A DNA stretch of 60,151 nt, taken from IMG/VR virus record IMGVR_UViG_3300011334_000214, positions 1-60,151 of that record. One strand, 5' to 3'. Positions 15,200-25,700 of the stretch are shown here, in pieces. The notes beneath the pieces are model-generated. The model saw nothing but the letters and a program-made list of their open reading frames with translations, was not told where the DNA came from and did no database searches. A program made the translations under genes and the position numbers. This stretch comes from a virus (lineage: Duplodnaviria > Caudoviricetes). The stretch's first letter is position 1, and the number at the start of each line of letters is the position of its first letter.

Positions 15200-17634
15200 A
15201 GGAAGTAAAGATTAATATAGCTCAGTCTACTTTTCCAAATCAGTTCGTTCCTGATTCGGTAAAGAATACCGAAGAGTTCGGGTTGCAAGTTGGTCAAGCC
15301 ATTCAGTATGAGTGGTTCAAAAGAGACAGTTCAACTACGGGCAGGTTCTACAGCCAATGGAGAGATTTTCACCACAGAAGATTATATGCTCGTGGAGAGC
15401 AGCCTGTTGGTAAGTACAAGAATGAGCTTGCCGTTGATGGCGACTTGTCGTATTTGAATCTTGATTGGACTCCTGTTCCTGTCATTCCAAAGTTTGTTGA
15501 CATTGTTGTTAATGGTATGTCTGACCGTATGTTCAAGGTTAAGGCTACTGCTCAAGATGCCATGTCGCAATCCAAGCGCAACAAATATCAGGAGATGATT
15601 GAGACGCAGATGGCGGGTAAGGAAATCTTGTCTATCGTTCAGCAGAAGACGGGCTTCGACCCGTTCATGATGAACCCTGATGAGCTGCCTAACAATGACG
15701 AAGAGTTGTCGTTGTACATGCAGCTTAACTATAAGCCTGCGATTGAGATTGCTGAAGAAGAGGCTATCAATACCATTTTAGAAGAGAACCATTACTATGA
15801 CTTGCGCAAGCGAATTGACTATGACCTGACTGTGTTAGGGATTGGCGTTGCTAAGCATGAGTTCTTGAAGGGCTCAGGTGTTCAGTTGTCTTATGTAGAC
15901 CCTGCGAATGTGGTGTACAGCTATACTGAAGACCCATACTTTAGAGATTGTTTTTATTGGGGGGAGATTAAGACCATCCCTATTACTGAGTTAGTTAAGA
16001 TTGACCCGACCATTACTCCTGAGCAGATGGAGGAAGTGTCTAAGTACAGCCAATCATGGTATGACTACTTTAACGTGGCTCAGTTTTATCAGGATAGCTT
16101 GTTCTATCGTGACACTTGTACGTTGTTGTACTTCAATTACAAGACCACCAAGAAGATTGTTTACAAGAAAAAGAATCTTGAGAACGGTGGTGCTCGTGTA
16201 ATTGAGAAGGAAGATACATTCAATCCGCCTGTAGAGAAAATGCAGGAGGGTAACTTCGAGAAGGTTGAGAAGCGCATTGACGTATGGTACGAAGGTATCA
16301 TGGTGATGGGCACGAATATCATGTTGAAGTGGGAGATGATGAAGAATATGGTTCGTCCTAAGTCTTCGGCTCAACATGCTATGCCAAACTATGTGGCTGT
16401 TGCTCCTCGTATGTACAAGGGTAGCATTGACTCATTGGTTAGAAGGATGATTCCTTTTGCTGACTTGATTCAGGTTACTCACTTGAAGTTGCAGCAGGTT
16501 ATCTCTCGTGTTGTTCCTGATGGGGTGTTCATTGATGCTGATGGCTTGAATGAAGTTGACTTGGGGAATGGTGCTGCCTATACTCCTGAGGATGCACTTC
16601 GTTTGTATTTCCAAACGGGTAGTGTGGTAGGCCGCAGCTATACGCAAGACGGCGAGTTCAATAATGCTCGTGTTCCTATTCAGGAGTTGAACTCCAACTC
16701 AGGTGCTTCTAAAACTCAGATGTTGATTGCTAACTACAATCACTACCTAGAGATGATTAGAACCGTCACAGGGCTCAATGAGGCTCGTGATGGCAGTACA
16801 CCTGACCCGAACTCTTTGGTGGGCTTACAGAAGCTCGCAGCGCTTAATTCAAACACTGCTACACGTCACATCTTGGATGGCTCTTTGTTTGTATTCAGAA
16901 CATTGTCAGAGGCATTGACCTACCGTGTTGCTGACATCTTGGAATATGCTGACTTCAAGGAAGATTTCATCAATAAGATTGGTAAGTACAATGTATCTAT
17001 TCTTAATGAGATTAAGGATTTGTACGTTTATGACTTCGGAATCTTTATTGAGGTATCTCCTGATGAAGAGGACAAGGCTAAGCTTGAAGCCAATATCCAA
17101 ATGGCATTGTCGAAAGGTGACATCAACCTTGAGGATGCTATTGACATTCGTGAGTTGAAGAACTTGAAGCTTGCCAATCAGTTATTGAAGGTGAAGCGTG
17201 TTCGTACTCAGGAGAAGCGTGAGCAGATGGAGATGCAGAAGCAAGCGATGATGTCTCAGCAGCAGTTGAAGAGTCAGGAGTTGGCTGCGCAGACTGCGAT
17301 GCAGAAGATGCAGATGGAAATGCAGACCAAGGCCAAGCTCGTTGAGATTCAGGCTCAGGCTGACATTGCTAGAATGAATGCCGAGGTAGAGGCTAAGCGT
17401 ATGCTGATGGCTGAGGAGTTCAATTACAATATGCAGTTGAAAGGTGTTGACGCTGACTTATTGATGAAGCGAGAAGATAAGCGTGAAAAAGCCAAGGATG
17501 AACGCATCAGTAAGCAGAACACTCAGCAGTCTGAATTGATTAATCAGCGGAAGAATAACCTTCCTCCGTTGAACTTCGAGTCGACTGAGGATACGCTTGA
17601 TGGCTTCTCGCTAGATGCCTTCGGCCCTAAATAA
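15196..17634 (+). CDS. Portal protein
   Basis: 812 aa after terL; IPKFVDIVV and TGLNEARDG segments; Q/M-rich coiled-coil barrel typical of podovirus portals. Confidence 0.85.
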   Translation: MKEVKINIAQSTFPNQFVPDSVKNTEEFGLQVGQAIQYEWFKRDSSTTGRFYSQWRDFHHRRLYARGEQPVGKYKNELAVDGDLSYLNLDWTPVPVIPKFVDIVVNGMSDRMFKVKATAQDAMSQSKRNKYQEMIETQMAGKEILSIVQQKTGFDPFMMNPDELPNNDEELSLYMQLNYKPAIEIAEEEAINTILEENHYYDLRKRIDYDLTVLGIGVAKHEFLKGSGVQLSYVDPANVVYSYTEDPYFRDCFYWGEIKTIPITELVKIDPTITPEQMEEVSKYSQSWYDYFNVAQFYQDSLFYRDTCTLLYFNYKTTKKIVYKKKNLENGGARVIEKEDTFNPPVEKMQEGNFEKVEKRIDVWYEGIMVMGTNIMLKWEMMKNMVRPKSSAQHAMPNYVAVAPRMYKGSIDSLVRRMIPFADLIQVTHLKLQQVISRVVPDGVFIDADGLNEVDLGNGAAYTPEDALRLYFQTGSVVGRSYTQDGEFNNARVPIQELNSNSGASKTQMLIANYNHYLEMIRTVTGLNEARDGSTPDPNSLVGLQKLAALNSNTATRHILDGSLFVFRTLSEALTYRVADILEYADFKEDFINKIGKYNVSILNEIKDLYVYDFGIFIEVSPDEEDKAKLEANIQMALSKGDINLEDAIDIRELKNLKLANQLLKVKRVRTQEKREQMEMQKQAMMSQQQLKSQELAAQTAMQKMQMEMQTKAKLVEIQAQADIARMNAEVEAKRMLMAEEFNYNMQLKGVDADLLMKREDKREKAKDERISKQNTQQSELINQRKNNLPPLNFESTEDTLDGFSLDAFGPK

Positions 17635-17668
17635 AAAAAAGTATTAACTTTGCAACAAATCTAATACA

Positions 17669-18775
17669 ATGGAAATTAAAGTAAGAGCTCTTGGTGGTGA
17701 GGAGAAATCGCTACAAGAAAAAGAGCAGGAGGTTTTAGCTCAGCATGAAGCTGCGCAACAAGCTGCAGAAGCAGCGGCGCAAGCGGCTCAGCTAGAGCAA
17801 GAGTCACAGGCGGTAGCGGCCGCCGCATCGGAGCAAGACTCATTTGAGCTTGACGACGAAAAGGTTCTTTCATATCTTGGTAAGAAGTACAACAAGGAGT
17901 TGGCATCGTTCGATGATTTAGTTGCTGAGCGTAAAGAGTCTGAGCAGCTACCTGAAGATGTGTCAGCATTCTTGAAGTACAAAAAAGAAACGGGTCGTGG
18001 AATCGAGGACTTCTTAAAACTTAATAAGGACTACGAAACAGCAGACCCCGACCAACTCCTTCGAGAGTATTACTTGGCTACACAAGAGGGCATTGACGCA
18101 GATGACGTTGATGTGATTATGTCTGAGTACTCTTACGATGAAGACTACGATGATGAGTCTTCAGTAAAGAAGGCCAAGTTGGCAAAGAAAAAAGCTATTG
18201 TTGAGGCAAAGAAATTTTTCAACGAGCAGAAGGAAATGTATAAGATTCCCCTTGAGTCAAGAGGAGTTGGCCTTCCTGAAGCTGAATTGGAAGAGTTTAA
18301 TGCCTATAAACAATATATCAATCAGGCTAAGTCCTATGAGGAGGAGGCCAACCGTAGGCGTGATTGGTTTTTTAAAAAGACCGACGAAGTATTTGGAGGT
18401 GAGTTCAAAGGTTTTGAATTTAATCTCGGAGAAAAGTCTCTTTATTACAAACCCAATGAGGCTGCTGAGCTAAAGAAGATTCAAATGAATCCTGAGAACT
18501 TTATCAATAAGTTCGTGGATGAAAGCGGATTGATTAGTGATGCGGTTGGATACCACAAGTCTTTAGCTATCGCAATGAATCCTGAGAAGTTTGCTCAGTT
18601 TTTCTACGAGCAGGGTAAGGCGGATGCTGTCGGCAGTCTTGACAAAAAGATTAAGAATATCGACATGTCGGCAAACAGCGCCACTGCAATTAGTGGTAGT
18701 AGCGATGGCCCAAAGATTCGTGTTCTGAATCCTGATAGTGGACGTGGTCTTAAAATAAAGGTTCACAATAAATAA
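17669..18775 (+). CDS. Capsid scaffolding protein
   Basis: Acidic and helical, between portal and capsid; promoter box at 17645-17652. Confidence 0.7.
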   Translation: MEIKVRALGGEEKSLQEKEQEVLAQHEAAQQAAEAAAQAAQLEQESQAVAAAASEQDSFELDDEKVLSYLGKKYNKELASFDDLVAERKESEQLPEDVSAFLKYKKETGRGIEDFLKLNKDYETADPDQLLREYYLATQEGIDADDVDVIMSEYSYDEDYDDESSVKKAKLAKKKAIVEAKKFFNEQKEMYKIPLESRGVGLPEAELEEFNAYKQYINQAKSYEEEANRRRDWFFKKTDEVFGGEFKGFEFNLGEKSLYYKPNEAAELKKIQMNPENFINKFVDESGLISDAVGYHKSLAIAMNPEKFAQFFYEQGKADAVGSLDKKIKNIDMSANSATAISGSSDGPKIRVLNPDSGRGLKIKVHNK

Positions 18776-18788
18776 AAACTAAAAGGTA

Positions 18789-20195
18789 ATGGCTTTAAAT
18801 ACTACGCCTACGTTTGAGTTACAACCCTCAAGCAAACAGGTTGCTCTGTCAACCAACTACATTACTAACTTCGACTTCTTGAATCAGTATCTTCCTGATA
18901 CTTATGAGAAGGAGTTCGAGCGCTACGGAAACCGTTCTGTTGCGTCCTTCTTGCGTATGGTGGGTGCTGAGATGCCTTCTATGTCCGACAAAATTGTATG
19001 GGCAGAACAGGGCCGCTTGCACACCAAGTACATCAATGTTAATCCTTCAGATGCAGCAGGTTCTGATACTGCTACATTTGTTATTGATGATGCTGAGATT
19101 GTTTCAAGTGGAAATAATATTGCTATCCGTGTTGGACAGACTGTGTTGATTAGCAATAATGCCAATACTGCTCAGTTCAACAAAGCTATCGTAACCAATG
19201 TTAGCTTGCCAAGAACTTTCACTGTTGCTTTCTATGAGGCTGCAGGTCAGGCATTTGCTTCAGGTGCTACTTGTTCTGTATTCATTTATGGTTCTGAGTT
19301 CAAAAAAGGAACTTTAGGAATGGATGGGTCTTTGGAAGCTGAAGATGAAATCTTCGAGAACTCTCCAATCATCTTGAAAGACAAGTATGCTGTGAATGGT
19401 TCTGACATGGCTCAAATCGGATGGGTTGAAGTAACTACCGAGAACGGAGCTTCAGGGTATTTGTGGTACTTGAAGTCTGAGCACGAGACTCGTCTTCGTT
19501 TTGACGACTACTTAGAGACCTCTATGTTGGAAGCTGTTCCTGCCGTTTCAGGTTCAGGAGCTGCAACTGCAGGTTTCAAAGGTTCTGAAGGGGTATTCTA
19601 TTCTGTAAGTAACCGTGGTAACGTGTTTGCAGGTTCTCCTTCATCATTGTTAGAATTTGATACAATCGTTAGTCGTCTTGACAAGCAAGGAGCTATCGAA
19701 GAGAACGTATTGTTCTTGAATCGTGACTCTAGCTTTAACATTGATGATATGTTGGCTGCTCAAAGTGGTTATGGTTCAGGTGGTACTTCATACGGTTTGT
19801 TCGATAACAGCAAGGATATGGCTTTGAATCTTGGATTCACAGGTTTCCGTCGTGGTTATGACTTCTACAAAACCGATTGGAAATACTTGAACGACCCAAC
19901 CATGCGTGGTGCAGGTTCTGATGCAAGTGGCTATGTAGCTCCATCTATTAACGGACTTCTTGTTCCTGCAGGTTCTACTAACGTGTACGACCAAATCATG
20001 GGTAAGAACGCTAAGCGTCCTTTCTTGCACGTTCGTTACCGTGCTTCTGAAGCTGAAGACCGCCGCTACAAGACTTGGATTACAGGTTCTGCAGGTGGTG
20101 CAATGAACAGCTCTTTGGATGCTATGGAAGTTAACTTCTTGTCCGAGCGTTGTGTGTGCGTTCTTGGTGCTAACAACTTCGTATTGTTCTCCTAA
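18789..20195 (+). CDS. Major capsid protein
   Basis: 468 aa, biased codon use, position after scaffold, strong terminator downstream. Confidence 0.85.
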   Translation: MALNTTPTFELQPSSKQVALSTNYITNFDFLNQYLPDTYEKEFERYGNRSVASFLRMVGAEMPSMSDKIVWAEQGRLHTKYINVNPSDAAGSDTATFVIDDAEIVSSGNNIAIRVGQTVLISNNANTAQFNKAIVTNVSLPRTFTVAFYEAAGQAFASGATCSVFIYGSEFKKGTLGMDGSLEAEDEIFENSPIILKDKYAVNGSDMAQIGWVEVTTENGASGYLWYLKSEHETRLRFDDYLETSMLEAVPAVSGSGAATAGFKGSEGVFYSVSNRGNVFAGSPSSLLEFDTIVSRLDKQGAIEENVLFLNRDSSFNIDDMLAAQSGYGSGGTSYGLFDNSKDMALNLGFTGFRRGYDFYKTDWKYLNDPTMRGAGSDASGYVAPSINGLLVPAGSTNVYDQIMGKNAKRPFLHVRYRASEAEDRRYKTWITGSAGGAMNSSLDAMEVNFLSERCVCVLGANNFVLFS

Positions 20196-20206
20196 GAATA
20201 ACTAAC

Positions 20207-20240
20207 AAGGGTGGGGGCTTGCCCCCACTCTTTTTCTTTT
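20207..20240 (+). terminator. Intrinsic terminator after the capsid gene
   Basis: GGGTGGGGGC-TT-GCCCCCACTC plus T run. Confidence 0.9.
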
Positions 20241-20260
20241 AAAATTTTAAATCATATCAA

Positions 20261-21010
20261 ATGTTACCCGTAGACAAAACCTACAAATTGATTAATGGCT
20301 TATCTCCTTTAAGCTATACAATCCCATCTCGTAATACTCGCAGCACTCCGTTGCTTTATTTTGATGAGAAGAATAATGTTAACCGAGCGCTACGTTATGC
20401 TCGAAACCAAAAGAGCCCATTCGAGGACGAGCAAGATGGCAACTTCATCTTAGAGCCCGTTGTATTTGAGGATGGCTTTTTATTTGTCTCACGTACAAAT
20501 CCTGTTCTTCAGCAGTTCTTGCATTACCATCCTTGGAATGGTACTGTATTTGCTGAGATTGATAAGGATAGAGATGCTCAGAAAGAAGTTGAAAATCTTG
20601 ATTTAGAAGTAGACGCTTTAATCAGAGCTAAGGCATTGACAATGGCTGAGATGGAAACTCTCGCTCGTGTTATCTTTGGTGTAGACCCTGATAAGATGTC
20701 TTCTAATGAGTTGAAGCGTGACATTATGTTGTACTCCCGTAGGTCTCCAAAAGATTTCTTGGAAGCCATTAACGATAAGACACTGACAATGCAAGCTGAC
20801 GTTCACAAGATGTTTACCGCAGGTCTGTTGTCATTTAGAAAGAACAAGTCAGAGGTCTTCTTTAACTTGAAGAACAACAAGAGCAAGATGATTAACGTGC
20901 CTTATGGTCACGATGGTTATGATGCCGCTGTACGTTACTTCCAATCTGAAGAAGGCATCGAGAAGTTCAATATGCTGAGCAAAATGTTGAGCGACGACTC
21001 TCACGAGTAA
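20261..21010 (+). CDS. Conserved hypothetical protein of the head module
   Basis: 249-aa ORF after the capsid gene. Confidence 0.75.
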   Translation: MLPVDKTYKLINGLSPLSYTIPSRNTRSTPLLYFDEKNNVNRALRYARNQKSPFEDEQDGNFILEPVVFEDGFLFVSRTNPVLQQFLHYHPWNGTVFAEIDKDRDAQKEVENLDLEVDALIRAKALTMAEMETLARVIFGVDPDKMSSNELKRDIMLYSRRSPKDFLEAINDKTLTMQADVHKMFTAGLLSFRKNKSEVFFNLKNNKSKMINVPYGHDGYDAAVRYFQSEEGIEKFNMLSKMLSDDSHE

Positions 21011-21027
21011 TTCAATATATCAGTTTT

Positions 21028-21057
21028 AAGGTGGGGCATTAGCCCCACTTTTTTTTT
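21028..21057 (+). terminator. Intrinsic terminator
   Basis: GTGGGGC-atta-GCCCCAC plus T9. Confidence 0.9.
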
Positions 21058-21082
21058 ATGTATCTTTGTAAAAAAGAACGGA

Positions 21083-21823
21083 ATGATTAATTCAGTCAGG
21101 AATACAGTTCTTGCGATATTAAACAAGAATAACTACGGATATATTTCGCCATCAGATTTTAACCTGTATGCTAAGCAGGCTCAGTTAGAAATCTTTGAAG
21201 ATTACTTCTCTGAGTACAATGTGCTTGTCAACAGGGAGAATGCTCGCATGTCAGGCACTGAGTATGCGGACATTAAGAAGGCTATTGAGGAAGCAATGGA
21301 GGTATTCTTTGTTATCAATAACCTATCTAACGATGCTGATAACAAGTTCTTTTTGCCATCGCTATTAACCACAGGAGATGATTACTTCATGGTAAATAAG
21401 ATTCTGTGCTATGATGTGGATGGAGAAGATAGGGTGTATCGTGGCGAAGCGGAGAAGGTTACTCACAGCAAGATTACAATGCTGATTAATTCAACACTAA
21501 CCGCTCCGACCAAGAACTTCCCTGCTTATTCTCAGGTGAATGATAGCATTTATGTTTACCCAACTACATTTAACGAAGTTGGTGAAGTAGAGTGTCATTA
21601 CTTTAGATACCCCAAAGACCCTAAATGGACATACGTTTCATTGGGTAGCGGAGCACCAATCTTCAATGCATCTCAGCCTGACTATCAGGACTTTGAGCTT
21701 CCATTGGAAGATGAGACTAAGGTGATAGTAAAGATTCTTCAGTACTGCGGTATCTCTATTCGTGAGACTGAGGTTTATCAATTTGCAAAAGTAGAAGAGG
21801 GAAATATTCCTCCACAACAATAA
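21083..21823 (+). CDS. Putative head-tail adaptor / tail ring protein
   Basis: FN..A..AQ, YFRYP..P and FELP pattern; promoter box at 21061. Confidence 0.65.
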   Translation: MINSVRNTVLAILNKNNYGYISPSDFNLYAKQAQLEIFEDYFSEYNVLVNRENARMSGTEYADIKKAIEEAMEVFFVINNLSNDADNKFFLPSLLTTGDDYFMVNKILCYDVDGEDRVYRGEAEKVTHSKITMLINSTLTAPTKNFPAYSQVNDSIYVYPTTFNEVGEVECHYFRYPKDPKWTYVSLGSGAPIFNASQPDYQDFELPLEDETKVIVKILQYCGISIRETEVYQFAKVEEGNIPPQQ

Positions 21824-21829
21824 TAAGAT

Positions 21830-22753
21830 ATGGCATATTTATCTCAATATCAATACTATGCCAATGATGGCAACTCACCTGAGGATGCTAATTGGGGGTC
21901 GTATCAATATGTTTCATTGACAGATATTGTCAATAACTTTATGTTGATGTACGCTGGTAATCACTCGTTGGTTAATAATGAAGAGCGGTTTAAGATTTTA
22001 TTTCATGCGAAGCGTGCTATCCAAGAGCTTAACTATGATGCGTTCAAGGAGATTAAAGTTCTTGAGCTCAATGTTGATGATAAGCTTAGATTTGTATTGC
22101 CTTCTGATTATGTCAATTGGGTAAGAATCTCTTTGTTTAAAGACGGATGGATTCGTCCGTTGACTGAGAACATTCAGGTAATGAGTGCAAAGGCATATCT
22201 TCAGGACAACACGGGTCGTATCCTGTTTGATGAGGATGGTAATATTTTACAGCCTGAGTATTCTAACTTAGACTTTGAGCGAATCAATAAAACTCAGAAG
22301 AGTATTTACTTGAACAAGAACAGTCAGTTCGATGGCTTCGAGGGTTACTTCGTAGATGGCAATTGGTACTTTGACTATGCCATTGGTGCACGATTCGGAT
22401 TGAATACTGAGACGGCCAACTTCAATCCTACGTTTAAGGTTGACAATAAGAAGGGTGTGATTAACTTCAGCTCCGACATGTCGGGTGAGGTATGTATCCT
22501 TGAGTATATCTCTGATGGCATGGAGGGCGGCGATGATTCTTTGATTACGGTCAATAAATTATTCGAGTCATTCATCTATGCTTACATCAGATATGAGATT
22601 TTGAATAGTAAGCTTGGCGTTCAGGAGTATGTTGTTAGCCGAGCACGAAAAGAAAAGACAGCGTTACTTCGTAATGCAAGAATTAGAATTAGCAATATCA
22701 AGGCAGGTCACTTGTTGATGAACTTGCGTGGTAAGGATAAATGGATTAAGTAA
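21830..22753 (+). CDS. Putative tail ring / structural protein
   Basis: LPSDYVNWVRI and LEYISDG segments; position in tail module. Confidence 0.6.
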   Translation: MAYLSQYQYYANDGNSPEDANWGSYQYVSLTDIVNNFMLMYAGNHSLVNNEERFKILFHAKRAIQELNYDAFKEIKVLELNVDDKLRFVLPSDYVNWVRISLFKDGWIRPLTENIQVMSAKAYLQDNTGRILFDEDGNILQPEYSNLDFERINKTQKSIYLNKNSQFDGFEGYFVDGNWYFDYAIGARFGLNTETANFNPTFKVDNKKGVINFSSDMSGEVCILEYISDGMEGGDDSLITVNKLFESFIYAYIRYEILNSKLGVQEYVVSRARKEKTALLRNARIRISNIKAGHLLMNLRGKDKWIK

Positions 22754-22755
22754 CT

Positions 22756-25700
22756 ATGGCGAATCTGTCAAGGAATTTTATTGCAGGTAGGATGAATAAA
22801 TCCCTCGATGAGAGGGTTATCCCAAATGGCGAATACGTTGATGCACTGAATATCAGGATGGGCTCTACGGAGTTGTCTGAGGTTGGTGTGATTGAAAATG
22901 CCAAGGGAAATACTCAGCTTACTCAGATTGTGTACAATGGATTCCCATTGTCAGAGAGCGCTATAACCATTGGCACTTTCGCCGATGCGGCAAGAGAGAC
23001 TATCTATTGGTTTATTCATGATAATAATTGGGGTGATGATGAATCCACTCTTGATTTGATTGTGTCGTTGAATGTGTTGTCAAATGACTTTACATTTCAT
23101 GTGGTATCAAATAGTGTATTAGCGTTTAATGCTCAGTATCCAATGTTATCAATTGACATGATTGATGACCTGCTGTTCTTTACAGATAACTTCAATCCGC
23201 CAAGGTTTATCAATGTAAAAAGGAATTACCCTCAGCCGATTGCAGGTAATGACCAAATTACAGAAGAAGAATTGATGGTGATTAAAAGACCACCTATTAC
23301 TTCTCCTACGTTCAATCTATTCCAAAGCCCTAGCAAAGATAATTTCTTAGAGGAGCGATTTATTTGCTTTGCTTATAGGTATAGATATGCTGACGGAGAG
23401 TTCTCTGCGACATCTCAGTTCAGCGAGCCTGCATTCTTGCCGAAGTCATTTGACTTTAGCTTGAGCAGTTATTTGAATGAAGGCATGATTAATGCATTCA
23501 ATGCGGTTAATATCATCTATGACTCAGGCGGCCCACTCGTTAAGGGTATTCAGTTGCTATTTAAAGAAGCGGGCGGAAATATCATTCGTGTTATTGAATC
23601 ATTAGATAAGGCTCAGTTGGGTTTGTCTGATAATACAACTTATACCTATGAGTTTAGTGGTAGCAAGATTTTCACAATCTTGCCTGACTATGAGCTATTG
23701 AGACTGTATGATAACGTGCCTGTTAAGGCGGCGGCTCAAACAATCATGAGCAACCGCTTGATGTATGCCAACTATGAGGAGGGGTATGATTTAGTTTATT
23801 TTGACTCAGCCAATGAGTACAAGATTAGATTAGATTATGTTGCTTCATTGTCATCATCGCCATTGATTGGTGAGGCTGTTGTTCCAACATTGGAGTCATC
23901 TACATATACCATTAACGTAACAACTAATATTGACGATTCAAAGATTGTCATTGATTTGGATGGCATTGCATTGAGTGATGGGAATGTATTAAACATTTTC
24001 TTTTCGTTTCAACATTCGGCATTCTCAAATGACGCTGTATTTGGCGAGTCAAACTTAGGAGGGAATGTATCGTTTGAGTTCAGGATGAATAGAAACTACG
24101 ACTCAGTGTATGACTTGGTTACAAGTGCTGAGTTCCAAAGTGCCATTGGTATCCCATCAAACATTCAGGATGCTCAGGATGCTTGTGATGGGAATACTAC
24201 AACTGACTCAGTTAACTGCTTAATTGGCGACTTGGTTGGTATTGGAGCAGTAACTACTTGGTATAAATATGCAAGTGGTATTTCTACTCCCAATGAAGGC
24301 ATTGGTATCAGTGCTTCTGTTGGCAGTACATCATTCTCGCTTCAGATTACTGCGATGCAGTTTGTTGATGACTTAGATACACCAACTCAATTTGAATACG
24401 AGTACTACGTGATTACGTCAGCGTCTTGCAATATCGGAACGACATCGTATCCTAAGAGCCTTCACAGCAATCGTAACTACGAGGTGGGCATTATCTATAT
24501 GGATGAGTTCAATCGTTCGTCTACGGCGCTCGTATCGTCAAGCAACACGGTATATGTTCCGTGCACCAATTCAGATAAGCGCAATCAGATTGTTATTAAT
24601 ATCCCACCTTCTCAAAAGCCACCATATTGGGCGAAGCGATATAAGTTTGCTATCAAGGCTGACCGAGAGGGGTATGAGACCATCTATGTAAACTATGCCA
24701 TTCAGGATGCTGATGGGTTATTCTACTACTTCTTAGTTGAAGGAGAGAACGCTCGCAAGGTTGTAGAGGGTGATAGGCTTACGGTCAAGACAGATGCTAA
24801 TGGTATAGTGCAGAAGTGTACTTATGCCACTGTGCTTGAGAAGAAAGCTCAGCTTAGTAACTTTTTAGGCGAGGCAATTACATCGCCTGCGGGAGTGTAT
24901 ATTAAAATTGACGCTAAAGATATTTCAATCAATAGCGGTGGTGTAGTAGAGTTTACAAATGGCAGAGTTAATAGTGGCGGAAGCGGGGTCTTGTCAAATT
25001 TCTATCCTTTATTCTATACAGTAAACAGCTTCAATAGCGTATCTTATGATGATTTTATTATTTATTCGGGAGCTGAAATTAAGATAAAGATAGAATCTAA
25101 ATTTGATTCAAATACACGATGTGGTAATACAGGAAATTTTTCGTCAAAATATTTGCTAGAAAAAACATTTACCTCTTCTCGTCAGTATGCCAATTTTAAA
25201 GATTGGTGGGATGGTGACTTTATTTACAATTATTTATTGGCTGATGCAGTACTAGAAAATACTCCATGCTGCAGTGGGTTTACTGTAAATTACAATCCTT
25301 CGCTTGGGACTGCAGTAGATATACTTCCTGCAAATTGTGGAGTTAATTTTAAATTTTACAGAGACGGTACTAATAATCAATTAATTCTTCAATACTCAGG
25401 GCTTTCTAATAGTAATGCAGTAGCAGACCTCATTAGAAATTCTATGACTATTGAAATTCAAAATGGTCAGAACCTAGTGGTATTTGAGACTGAACCATCT
25501 GATACCTTGCCTGATGTGTTCTATGAGTCTGATGAGTCGTATCCTATCACAGACGGATTCCACGTTGGTAATGTACAGACGCAGACATCAAGTCAAGATG
25601 CCATCATCAATACAGGATTCTTTAATTGTTACACGTTTGGCAATGGCGTTGAGTCCTACAAGGTGCGGGACTCTATTATTACTAAGTCCTTTGGCTTAGG